A DNA stretch of 64,000 nucleotides from Felis catus (taxonomy: Eukaryota): contig NC_058368.1 in assembly GCF_018350175.1 (NCBI RefSeq), forward strand, positions 63,428,001 through 63,492,000, written 5' to 3'. Of this stretch, positions 51,430 through 62,240 are shown one piece after another (within the stretch, counting starts at the first letter, position 1; each line of letters opens with the position of its first letter). Below the pieces are notes generated by a model. The model was not told where the DNA came from. It saw only the letters and a program-made list of their open reading frames with translations, and searched no databases. The translations under genes and the position numbers were made by a program.

Positions 51430-51870
51430 ACTTTTTTAAGTTTTATACAGCTCTATTGAAGTAAAATTGCATAAAATAGATTACTTTTATTAATAGTATT
51501 TTTTTTTCAACGTTTATTTTTGGGACAGAGCGAGACAGAGCATGAACGGGGGAGGGGCAGAGAGAGAGGGAGACACAGAATGGGAAACAGGCTCCAGGCT
51601 CTGAGCCATCAGCCCAGAGCCCAACGCGGGGCTCGAACTCACAGACCGCGAGATCGTGACCTGGCTGAAGTCGGACGCTTAACCGACTGTGCCACCCAGG
51701 AGCCCCGATTACTTTTATTTGAATTGTACAATGTGACAAGTTTTGGCTTATGTTTCTCTGTGAAACTATCACCACAAGTAAGACCATTAACATCATCATG
51801 CAAGACCATTAGCATATGCATGACCACCCAGACTTTCCTGTTGGCCTTTTGTGGTCAGTCCCTTCTTCCT
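51430..51870 (-). mobile_element. Old L1 3' end (L1MB/MC-like), interrupted by a SINE
   Basis: ACAGCTCTATTGAAGTAAAATTGCATA...GTACAATGTGACAAGTTTTG...TGTGAAACTATCACCACAA. Confidence 0.7.
51492..51706 (-). mobile_element. Young cat-type Can-SINE
   Basis: CpG-rich, same diagnostic positions as the 11856 copy; perfect 13-bp TSD GATTACTTTTATT (51479-51491, 51707-51719). Confidence 0.97.
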
Positions 51871-52022
51871 ACATGGACAGTGGGGTTGTTTCCAGGATTT
51901 TTTTGTCTAGATACATTAGTTTAATGACAGTGATTACATTTCTGCATAAACTCCTACTCCTGCCGTAAAAATTAGCAAATGCTTACACTCTAAAACTCTC
52001 AAAATAAAAAGATAAGATTAAT

Positions 52023-52241
52023 GGGGTGCCTGGGTGGCTCAGTTGGTTAAACATCCAACTTTGGCTCAGGTCATGATTTCACGGTTTGTGTTCGAGCCCT
52101 GTGTAGGACTCTGTGCTGACAGCTCAGAGCCTGGAGCCTGCTTCAGATTCTGTGTCTGCCTCTCTCTCTGCTCCTCCCCCACTTGTGTTCTCTCTCTCTC
52201 TGACTCTCAAAAATAAATAAACGTTAAAAAGGAAATTTTAA
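52023..52241 (+). mobile_element. Can-SINE
   Basis: 16-bp TSD AAAAAGATAAGATTAA (52006-52021, 52242-52257). Confidence 0.96.
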
Positions 52242-52884
52242 AAAAAGATAAGATTAAGTAAAATTGGGCTTCCAATAAAGCTTTCATTACTTACTGTTTT
52301 TATGACTGTTTCTGTTTTTAGGTAAACTAAATTTGTGTGCACCCAGAACTAAGGTTCATTTTAAAATAACTGAAAAAAAAACATCACCCACTTGCTTTAA
52401 GGACACAATGAACTAAATAGAAAATATCTTGATGGTGGCCTAACTATTTCAGTTTTATCCCTACATCTAGCATTACATACACACAGAGTACTCTGTTTGA
52501 TAGAAAAATCATCATATACTTTCAATCCAGTGGACTGAAAAGAGTAAACAAAAACATAAGGGTATCATGAAAACAGAAAATAGAAAAATGTGTTGAATCA
52601 AATTTAGAGGTTTCTAGGAATGCTTGTGGGCCTAAAAAATTCAACTAATATTGAATTTCAGTGTAATTTTATACTATATTGGACCCCAACATCTGGACTG
52701 CTCTTGATTTTTCTGAAGTTTTGCTTAGGTTTCCAACTCCTGTTGTAATAGTTATATGGAAATCATTCTGTAAAGAAGCATACATGTGTAAAAAGTCATA
52801 TTTGTTTTAAATAAGTATTTTCTTCTGTATGGCTTTTAGAATGATTTTTTTCTGTGCCTGGAGGAGAGTGAAAAGCACTTATTC

Positions 52885-53145
52885 CTCCAACAGGAAGCCT
52901 GGAGAAATACCCAGCTCAGCCATGTGGTCACGTGCAGCTTCCTGTTACATTCCAGGAATTGCTCTTGGGTGTAAACAATCATCTTCCAGGGGACAAGCCA
53001 TGGCCGCATCTGCCTTGGGCATCACTCTAAACTTGCAGAGCATGTGAAATATCTGGCTATTGCTGTTAAATTAATTCTGAAATAGCAGAAAGTCTCCATT
53101 TGTGGAATGTGTCACACTTGTGTCAAGCTCATTCCGGTAAGCACA
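52885..53145. promoter_or_regulatory. Candidate enhancer (transcription-factor motif cluster)
   Basis: E-box GTCACGTG, two ETS cores, two TEAD sites, STAT palindrome and FOX site in unique sequence; motif match only. Confidence 0.4.
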
Positions 53146-53539
53146 ACTTTTAGGCGAGCAAAATGCATTATTGATTGGCTTCTGTGCATCTTTTACCCCA
53201 AATAAAGCATTCTTTGATTGATTGTTTTACCATATTGAAAAGTATGTTTGAAAAGGAAATTTCCACAAATCTCTTTTTAAGCTTTCCAGCATCTGCCAAC
53301 AGTAAACGTAATTAACAAAAACCTGCTTATAAAAATACCCACAGCATAATAAGAATATAAGAATATTTAATTTGAGGTATTCAAAAATTGAGCCCAACCT
53401 TCAAAATAATGTATATTATGCTTGTTGGTCATGCTTTAGGACTCTACTGCACAAAGAGATAGAAGTCTACATTCAATGACTAGATGAAGACATACATGAG
53501 ATATGAGGAGTTAATTCCAAAGTTGATTAAGAGTGTAAA

Positions 53540-53765
53540 CTGTATTGTCCAATGTGGGAGCTACTAGCCATGTGTGGCTATGTCAGTGTGCATGCAAATT
53601 AATTAAAATGAAATAAAATTAATACTTCAGTTCCTCAGTCTCACCAGCCACAGGTGCTGGTGCTCAATAGACATGGTGCTCAATAGACATGGATGGAGAG
53701 TGGCTATCACAGCACACGGCATAGATATAAAACATTTGTATCACAGAAAAGTTCTATTGGACCAA
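53540..53765. mobile_element. MER3-like hAT MITE
   Basis: TGTCCAAT...ACTAGCCATGTGTGGCTA...TTCAGTTCCTCAGTC...CACAGAAAAGTTCTATTGGAC (terminal inverted TCCAAT/ATTGGA). Confidence 0.8.
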
Positions 53766-54357
53766 GAGGGTATATAATATATAATACATAAAGAAAAATT
53801 AAAGAACTAGGATTATTGCCCTTAGAAAAAAAGGAATGAGTGATTTGACAACATATGAAGAAGCTTCTATACATTTGAAAAAAAATGAGTGACACATCTG
53901 ATTTTTTTAACTAAATTGATTAGAAGTTTTAACTATCATCATATAGTATAAAGGAGCAAAAGTAGATTTTATGGGACATGAAGTTTATATAATTTGGAGG
54001 ACACTTTTGAGGGAAAGGATAATAAAATCAGTCATTTAAGAGAACATTTTTACAAAATGATTTTAAAAATCACAACAAATTACAAATTTAAAAAACTGAC
54101 AAGTATCACAAAACAAAAAATTCAAAAAGCAGCATTTTTATTGACTTTTAACATTCTTTTATATTCCCTACATCTTGTCTCTTCACACAACAGTCTTCTG
54201 ATTGTTTTATAAACTGTTGCTCATTTTTAGAAAGACAGAATAGACAGGCTTTATTGTGTCTTCTAGTACGGTCAATTAATATATGTGATGCATTCATAAT
54301 TTTACATGTTACATTTTCAAATATTCCTCATAGAAGACAACTTCTTTTTGACCAAGT

Positions 54358-54567
54358 GTTTTTTTTTCAAGTTTATTTGTTTATTTTGAGAGAGAGAGAG
54401 CATGAGCAGGGGAGGGGCAGAAAGAGAGGGAAAATGAGAATCCCAAGCAGGCCCCATACTGACAGCACAGAGCTGGATGTAGGGCTGAATCCCAGGAACT
54501 GTGAGATCATAACCTGAACCGAAACCAAGAGCTGGATGCTTAACCAACTGAGCCACCCAGGCACCTC
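54358..54567 (-). mobile_element. Can-SINE
   Basis: Ends AACTGAGCCACCCAGGCACC; T tail at left; flanking TTGACCA repeat. Confidence 0.95.
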
Positions 54568-54858
54568 TTGACCAGGTTTTGATGAGAACCATTCCTTGTT
54601 TATAATTCACAAATCTGAAAAATTGAAGAATTTGCCAAAGATTAGCTTCAAGCTCCACACACTTTGTCTCCGCTCCCCACATAGGTCCAACGGCAAGTGC
54701 CATAGGACAAACTCCTATAATTTTATAATGCATAGTCCAAATCTTCATTTCATGACACCAGTTAAGTCACCAGTGGGCAGTACATAGGAATATTCCTGGA
54801 AACAATCCCTACCATGGGCTAACTACCAACAACTGAACTACATACAGAAGTGATTATG

Positions 54859-55080
54859 GGAGTGCCTGGGTGGCTCAGTCAGTTGAGCATCCACCTTGGG
54901 CTCAGGTCATGATCTCGCAGTTGGTGGGTTCAAGCCCTACTTCTGGCTCTGTACTGACAGCTCAGAGCCTGGAGACTGCTTCGGATTCTGCGTCTTCGTC
55001 TTTCTTTGCCCCTACCCCCTTGCACTCTGTCTCTCGATCTCTCTCTCAAAAATAAATAAACATTAAATTTTTTTAAAAAA
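54859..55080 (+). mobile_element. Can-SINE
   Basis: TSD AGAAGTGATTATG (54846-54858, 55081-55093). Confidence 0.96.
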
Positions 55081-56355
55081 AGAAGTGATTATGAACCACA
55101 GAAAAGCATGTTCTACTACACTCAAACTAAGTGCATCCAACACTCAACGTCCCTTCAGCTGGATCCCAAAAATGCTCATGGTGAGTCTACTGCCATCACC
55201 AAGGGAAAGCATGGCAGAATGTACACACATATACAAAACCATAGCAGTTTAACTGAGTACAATTAAAATAACTTACTTTTGTAAATTTTACAATATATGA
55301 CATTGTGACACAATGCTAGGATCCCTCCCAGGGCCTAGGAAGGGATCTATGCAAGTGAGGAGCTATGAGGCTAAACTCCATTACCTTCCTGGTAAATCCA
55401 TCTCTGATAAAGGATGCATTCTTCACTGAAATGCTGAATAATAAAGGTTGAAATATAAGGATTCTGATTAAATATAAGATAGATTCCCTGACACAGTTAT
55501 TGAACGTTGACATTGTGGCATAATAGTTATAGACTCACAAGTTCGATATTCAAGAAGCTGTTCATTCCTTTTTAACTCTTTTGCCTTTGTTTAAAAGGTA
55601 CTGCCACAAGGTAAGTGGTGGTTTCTAAAATCATCATGATCTAATATCCACATTTCTGTAACATAAGGTAACTGAGAGAGGGTCAAAGTGATACATGTCT
55701 ATGTTAAATAATTCTTTATAATATCAGAGACCTACAGCCATTACTAAGTGAAGTCTACTTTAAAGAAGTAATGTTAAAAGAAACTGAAAGTAACACTAGC
55801 CATCCATTTCACTTATCTTCAATTATTATTGATGTTTTACTGAATCCTTGTTTAAGCCTTTGCTAAGAACAGAACAGTTTTTTCTACTCTCTGATGTCAG
55901 GTTACATACAGAACTCTGGTGCTATGTGGCTACAAAAGCATTTGGTTTTTTTCCTTTCTAAAAAGAGATAACCAATGTTTTCTTACTCCCCCCCCCCTGC
56001 CAAATCTCATATAATACAAACAAAACCAGCTAGTCTTGGAGAATGGTGGGTGGATATCAAAGACAAGAGTCTCATCAGCACACCCCTTTCCAGCCTTCCC
56101 ACACTGGGCAATAAAGAGAGACCATAGATCATAAACCCTCAGCAACCATGGACCCTCACATCAAGTTTTCTCTCTTGCAGTTGCTGTTCTATACTTTCAT
56201 TACATAGACTATATCACTCTAAGTGTCTTCCTTCCACCACTTTAAAATCACCAAATCAGTAAGTTAACCCCATTCATTTGTTTCTGGGACAAACATCACA
56301 TAGTGGAACAGAGACATCTGCTTATTGACAAACTCACCTTGTGAATGAACATACA

Positions 56356-56735
56356 CCGTAGCGGCCTCCCTTATTTGTGGGGGATACATTTCAAGACCCT
56401 CAGTGGATACCTGAAACTGTGGATAATACCTAATGCTTTATATGGTATGTTTTTCCTATACATACATACCTATGATAAAGTTTAATTTATAAATTAAGCA
56501 CAATAAGAGATTAATAACCATAATAACAAAATAAGACAATTATAATAATATACTGTAAGAAAAGTTACATGAATATGATCTCTCTCCTTCTCAAAATATC
56601 TTATTGCACTGTACTCGCCCTTCTTATGATGAGGTGAGATAATAAAATGGCCACATAATGAGATGAAGTGAAGTGAGTGACGTAGGCACTGTGATGTAGT
56701 GTTAGGCTACTATTTACCTCTGATACTGTGTCAAG
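56356..56735. mobile_element. MER44/Tigger-family Tc-mariner derivative, one end only
   Basis: CCCTTATTTGTGGGGGATACATTTCAAGACCCTCAGTGGATACCTGAAAC; CATACCTATGATAAAGTTTAATTTATAAATTA. Confidence 0.8.
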
Positions 56736-57749
56736 TGTAAACTGTAGCTTAAAATTCTAGGCTTATATTAGAACAGAACTTTAAACAGATGCATTTGATC
56801 AGAGCACAAGTTTCCTAATAAGTGACATGAAGTAGTTTCTCCATAATTAGAAAAAGATTACTAGCCAAGACTAAATTTCTACAAGGTATAATTTATAAAG
56901 ATGGTTTTAAAATCAACAAATATTTCTTCTGTAGCCATAACTATTACACATCAAGTCTGCAAAAGTAACTAGACCCTTCTCCTATAGAAGACTGTAGCCT
57001 AGTTGAGGAAAAGGATGTTAAAGTTCCTTTAGGTAATTAAATAACAGCAACTGAAAACAACAACAAAAGTCAGGAAAATTATATGACTGTACACAGATTT
57101 AGAAAGATGATCCAAAGGAAAGAGTTTGAGTTACAGTTTTGGGGGTGGATGGTATGAAATGAACAAATGTAAATAGGCAGAAAAGCATAAGATGTTTGGG
57201 GCGGGGATGGGGGGAAGAGTGATCTACATTCTTTCTGATCCAAAGTTAACATGGGAAATATCAGAAGAAAAAACTTAAAATAAATATTAAGGGTGAGAAT
57301 ATAATGTGGGGCTCAAATTCAAGTTAAATTTTTTATTCTATAGATAATGCAATTCCAATTGCAAAAAATCTTTACAGATTACGAAGCAATGGGTAATGAT
57401 ATTTTAGCAGAAGTAATCTGGCGATGCTATCAACATCATACCAAATATAGAGGGAGGATCAGAAGCAAAGAAATTTATTCTATTATTAGAATCCCATGTT
57501 TAAGCATTCCTAAGTTCTGAGAAAAATCTATTTGGTCACGAGGAAATATTTTTCACGTATTCAATTATATTAAATTAGCATTTTTTGTAAGAATTTTATG
57601 TCTCTATACACAGATTAGGTTGATGTAATGTTTGCTTGATAGTGAAGTCCTAATCATTTTACTAATTATATAATTTCTTGAGTGATTCTTACATGTACAG
57701 AACTATGTCAATTGTTTTCCATCCATCTGTATGTCATTCCATGCATATA

Positions 57750-57900
57750 GCAACCCCTTTTTATTTTACAGAAGATGAAGTTTAAGCCTGTAGGTGACTA
57801 CTTTTGCCCAAAGCTACATAAGTCGTAAGTGGGAGAGCAAGAATTTGAACTCGGTCTGGCTCATTTAGAAGCTGGAACTCTCATCACTGTGTTATGCTGT
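57750..57900 (-). mobile_element. MIR
   Basis: ATTTTACAGAAGATGAAG...TTGCCCAAAGCTACATA...GAATTTGAACTCGGTCTG. Confidence 0.7.
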
Positions 57901-58234
57901 CTTATATAGTAAGATTTATTATAGAATAAGTGAAGAATTTTATGATATTTCTATTTATTCTAGAACTAAAGCCATATAATGAAAAGTATCAGTTTCTTTA
58001 AATGGTACAGAAATCCCCTGGAGAACCCACTGTGTCTAGCTGTGTTCACATGGTACACAATATTTGGCTATGAACTTTCTTCACATTAATTAATTCAAAT
58101 GTATACACAGAGTACCTGTTATATTCTAGAAATCAAATGCCAGAGCTAAAGAAATGATATGACCACATTCCTCCTTTACAGCTCACATTCTGATGGGAAA
58201 ATAAGATGGTAAACAAGTATATTAAAATACCTAG

Positions 58235-60965
58235 AATGAAAAATGTGCTAGAGGGGCTCAACAGCCAAACAGGCAGAAAAGAGAATCAGCAAACTTAAAT
58301 AGAGGCCCATTGAGATTATCCAGTCTGAGAAACAGAAATTAAAAAGAATGTTAAAAATGAACACAGCCTGAGATAACTGATGGACACCATCGAGCATATC
58401 AGCATATACATAGTGGAAGCCCCAGAAGGAGAGAGAAATAAATGGGCAGAAAGAATATTTGAAGAAATGGTGGCTGAAAATATTCCAAATTTGAAAAACA
58501 CTAACTTATAAATACAAGAACCTCAACAAACTCAAAATAGGATAAACTCAGAGATCCACACTTAGACACACCATAATCAAACTGTCAAAAGGCAAAGAGG
58601 GGATCTTAAAAGCAGCAACAGAGAAGCAACTCATCTTGTACAAGAATGATTTATCAAGATTAACAGCTGATTTCTCCTCAGAGATCATGAAGCCACAAGC
58701 TAATGAGGTGATTTATTCAATGTGTTGAATGAAAAGACTATCAAATGAGGATTTTATATCTAGAAAAACAAACCCTCAAAAAGCAAGAGAGAAATTAAGG
58801 CTTGTCCACATAAGCAAAACCTAAAGTAATTTGTTGCTAGCAGACTATCCCTGCAAGAAAAATTAGAGCCCTTTAGGCAAAAAAAAAAAAAAAAAAGACA
58901 TTAGACTAACTCTGATCCACATGAAAAAAGAAAGAGCACTGATAAAACTAATTACATAGGCTAATATAAAAGACAGTATAAATTCATTTGGGTTTTTTTC
59001 TCTTACCCTATTGGAAAACAACTACATAAAGTAACAATGATGAAACTGTGTTGATGGATTTGTCATGGCAATAATAACACAAAGGAGGGAGAGTGAAATG
59101 GAGCTATACTAGAGGAAAGATTTTACATAACATTGAAATTAAATTAGTATTAATATGAACTAAATTGTAAATTAAAATGATAATTACAATCTGCAGGGCT
59201 TCATATGTATGAAAGAAATAACAGGAATCAAAATGGTATGTTAGAAAATATCTATTTAACACAAAAGAAGGCAGTAATGGTAGAAGCAAGAAATAAAAAA
59301 GGACTTAAGATATATAGAATTGAAGAGATAAATACACAATTCAACTATAATATATGCAGACTTCAATGCCCCACTTTCCATAACAGATGGAACACGTAGA
59401 GACAAGAGTTATTCACGATTCACTTTACCAACCGTTTAATAATAATTAATGACAATCCATTACAAACTCATGCAAAAGAATAGAAGGAAACATTTCACAA
59501 CTCATTCTGTGAGGCCAAAACCAGATGAATATTTGATGAAAGAATGGTTGAAACATCCAAAATTTGAAAAATATTAATTTACAAATACAAGAATCTCAAC
59601 AAACTCAAAGTAGGATAAACTCAAAAACCCCGATACCAAAACCAGATGAAGACATCATAAAAAATTTATAGATTGATATCCCTTATGAATGGACACACAA
59701 AAATCCTCCACAAAATACAAGCAAACCTAATCCAGCAATATGTTAAAAGTATTTTACACCATTACCAGGTGGGATATAACACAGGAATGTGAAGTTTTCA
59801 GCATATGAAAATAAATCATCATATTTATAGGATTAAGGACAAATGTCATATAATTATCTGAATAAACACAGCAAAAACATTTGACAAAATTTAACAACAT
59901 TTCATGGTAAAAACACTAACAAAGTTGAAGTGGAAGAGAATGTCCTTAATCTGGCATATGGTATCTACAAGAAACCCACAGTTAACATCATACTTTATGG
60001 TGAAAGACTGAAAGCTTTATCACTAAAATCAGGACAAGCATGTCTGCATTTACCACTTCTATTCAGTGTTATACAGAAGTTCCTAGTCAGGACAATTAGA
60101 CAATAAAAAGAGGAATCCAGATAGGAAAGGAAAAAATAAAACTATCCATTCACAGTGATAGGATCATGTATATGGAAAACTCGAAGAAATCCACTATAAG
60201 TTATTAGTAATAATAAGCAAGTTCAGCAAGGGTTATGTACAGGATCAATATACAAATATCAATTTTGTTTCTATAAACTAGCAATGAACAATCCTAAAAT
60301 GAAAATAAGAAAAAAAATCCATTTACAGTATAATGAAAAGAATTAAATACTTAGAAATAAATTTAAGAAAATAAATGTGAAACTTATGCAGTGAAAACAA
60401 CTGACATCATGAGGAAAAAGAAAAGAAGACCTGAGTAAATGGATGAATATACCATATTCATGGATTGGAAAACTTAATATTATTAGCATTGCAATACTCC
60501 CCCAAATTGCTCTAAAAATTCAATGCAATCCTTATCAAAATCCCAACTAGCTTTTTTGCAGAAATTAAGAAGCGGATTCTAAAATTCATGGAAGTGCAAA
60601 GGACCCAGAATAGCCAAAACAGTCTTGAAAAGGAAGGACAAAGTTAAAGGGTGCAGAATAACCAATTTCAAAACTTACTAGAAAGATGCAGTAATCAAGA
60701 CAACATGGTACTGGAAAAATGATAGACATATATCAATTTTAATGGAATTGAGAGTCCTATAAATAAGTCCTCACACTTATGGTCAATTGATTGCCAGCTG
60801 GGGTGGCAAAATAATTCAATAGGGAAAGAATAGTGTTTTCAACGAATGGTGCTGGATATACACATCCAAAGAATGAAGTTGGACCCTACCTCACAACATG
60901 TACAAACATTAACTCAAAGTGGTTTGAAGATCTAAATGTGGAGCTAAAATATAAAAACCGATGAC
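58235..60965 (+). mobile_element. Old L1 (L1M-type): degraded ORF1, inter-ORF region and internally deleted ORF2
   Basis: ORF1 landmarks GAATATTTGAAGAAAT...TCCAAATTTG and AGATTAACAGCTGATTTCTC; RT region ~59680-59790 reads like SLMN.DAKIL.KILANRIQQ..HHDQVG; many stops and frameshifts. Confidence 0.9.
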
Positions 60966-60997
60966 AAAAACCACACTTTGCCAACTGCAGTGGACAA

Positions 60998-61590
60998 TGC
61001 CTTAGTCTACTTGAACTGCCACAACAAAATACCATAGCCAGGTGGCTTAAAAAATAGAAATTTATTTTCTAATAATTCTAGAGGCTATGAGAAAGGCTGT
61101 AAGTCTGAGACCAATGTGCCAGCAGATACAGTTCCTGGTGAGAGCTCTTTTCCTGGTGTATAGACGGCTGTCTTCTTGCTGAGTCTTCACACAATGGCAG
61201 GGAAAGAAAGGAAACGCAAGCTATCTGGTGTCTCCCTTTTGTGTTTGTTTGGTTTTTTGTTCTGTTTTGTTTTGTTTTTGAGTATACTTGACACACAGTG
61301 TTACGTTAGTTCATTAGTGATTAGACAAGTTTATACTTTGTGCTATGCTCACCACCAGTGTAGCTGCTACCATGTGTCACCATACAGCACTATTACAATA
61401 TCACTGACTATATTCCTTATGCTGTGGTGTCTCTTCTTAATAAGGACACTAACTCTACTGGATCAGGATCCACTCTTTTGAGCTTATTTAACCTTCATTC
61501 CTTCCTTACAGGCCCCATCTCCAAATACAGCCACTCTGGAGATTAGGTTTCAACACATGGATCCGGGAGTGACACAAACAGTTTTCCATT
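60998..61590 (-). mobile_element. MaLR solo LTR (MLT1A-like), interrupted by an L1 fragment
   Basis: CAACAAAATACCATAGCCAGGTGGCTTAAAAAATAGAAATTTATTTTCT; GGCCCCATCTCCAAATACAG. Confidence 0.85.
61240..61424 (-). mobile_element. Short carnivore L1 3' fragment
   Basis: T-rich tail at left, CTGTGCTATGCTCACCAC-type 3' UTR sequence (TGTGCTATGCTCACCACCAGTGTAGCTGCTACCAT); degenerate TSD TGGTGTCTCCCTTT / TGGTGTCTCTTCTT. Confidence 0.8.
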
Positions 61591-61744
61591 AGGCAACATC
61601 CTCTATTGGATTCCTCTCTTTCTGTTTCACATGCCTCGTTCCTTACTCTTGCTTGTCCTAAGATCGCTTCCCAAATAAACTATCTGTATACAAGTATATC
61701 AAGTTCTGCTCTTAGGGGAACCCAAGCTAAGACAGGCATTGCTT

Positions 61745-62240
61745 CCAGGAATTTCCATAGCAACATTGTTCACTATGGAAAAAAAAATACAAATAACAGA
61801 AATGCAAATTGACACAAGAATGGAAAAATAAATTGTGGTATATACATAACGGAATTAATCCTGGAGTTAAAATGACATAAGAAGTAAGTTACAAAAGATA
61901 TACAGTATAATTCTATTCATAGAGAGTTCAAAAACAGACAAAACAGTAATGTGTTATTTTTGTTTAGGGGATATGTTCACATGTGGTAAGACTATAAAGA
62001 AAATCAAAGAAATGATAAACACAGCATTCAGTGGTAACCACCCTGGGGATGAAAAAGGCTTCAAAGTTATTGGAAATGCGTTTCATAAGTTGGGTTGTGG
62101 GTACATTGGCATTGGTTTTACTACTTTTTTATATCAGACATATATCTTTACATCATACATGTATCACATTTATAATTTTATATCAATGTATGATATATTT
62201 TTTAGACATTTTAATAAAAGTAGCCAATTTTTAAAAACAA
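61745..62240 (+). mobile_element. L1ME-type 3' end
   Basis: AATAAATTGTGGTATATACATA; ACATGTGGTAAGACTATAAAGAAAATCAAAGAAATGATAAACACA. Confidence 0.75.

Larger units (their letters stand above)
60970..61734 (+). mobile_element. ERVL LTR 3' part (LTR16-like), interrupted by an MLT1A
   Basis: CTCTATTGGATTCCTC...TCCCAAATAAACTA...GGGGAACCCAAGCTAAGACA terminus. Confidence 0.7.

Noticed and set aside
51443..51924. 118-aa and 134-aa ORFs, plus similar ones at 10933, 11880, 47074, 50272, 54317 and 54870
   Set aside because: They are translations of Can-SINE sequence (GAPGWLS.., AQSVK.PT.. signatures), not genes.
58235..60965. Functional L1 ORF1/ORF2
   Set aside because: Numerous stops, frameshifts and a large deletion in the endonuclease/linker region; it is a fossil.
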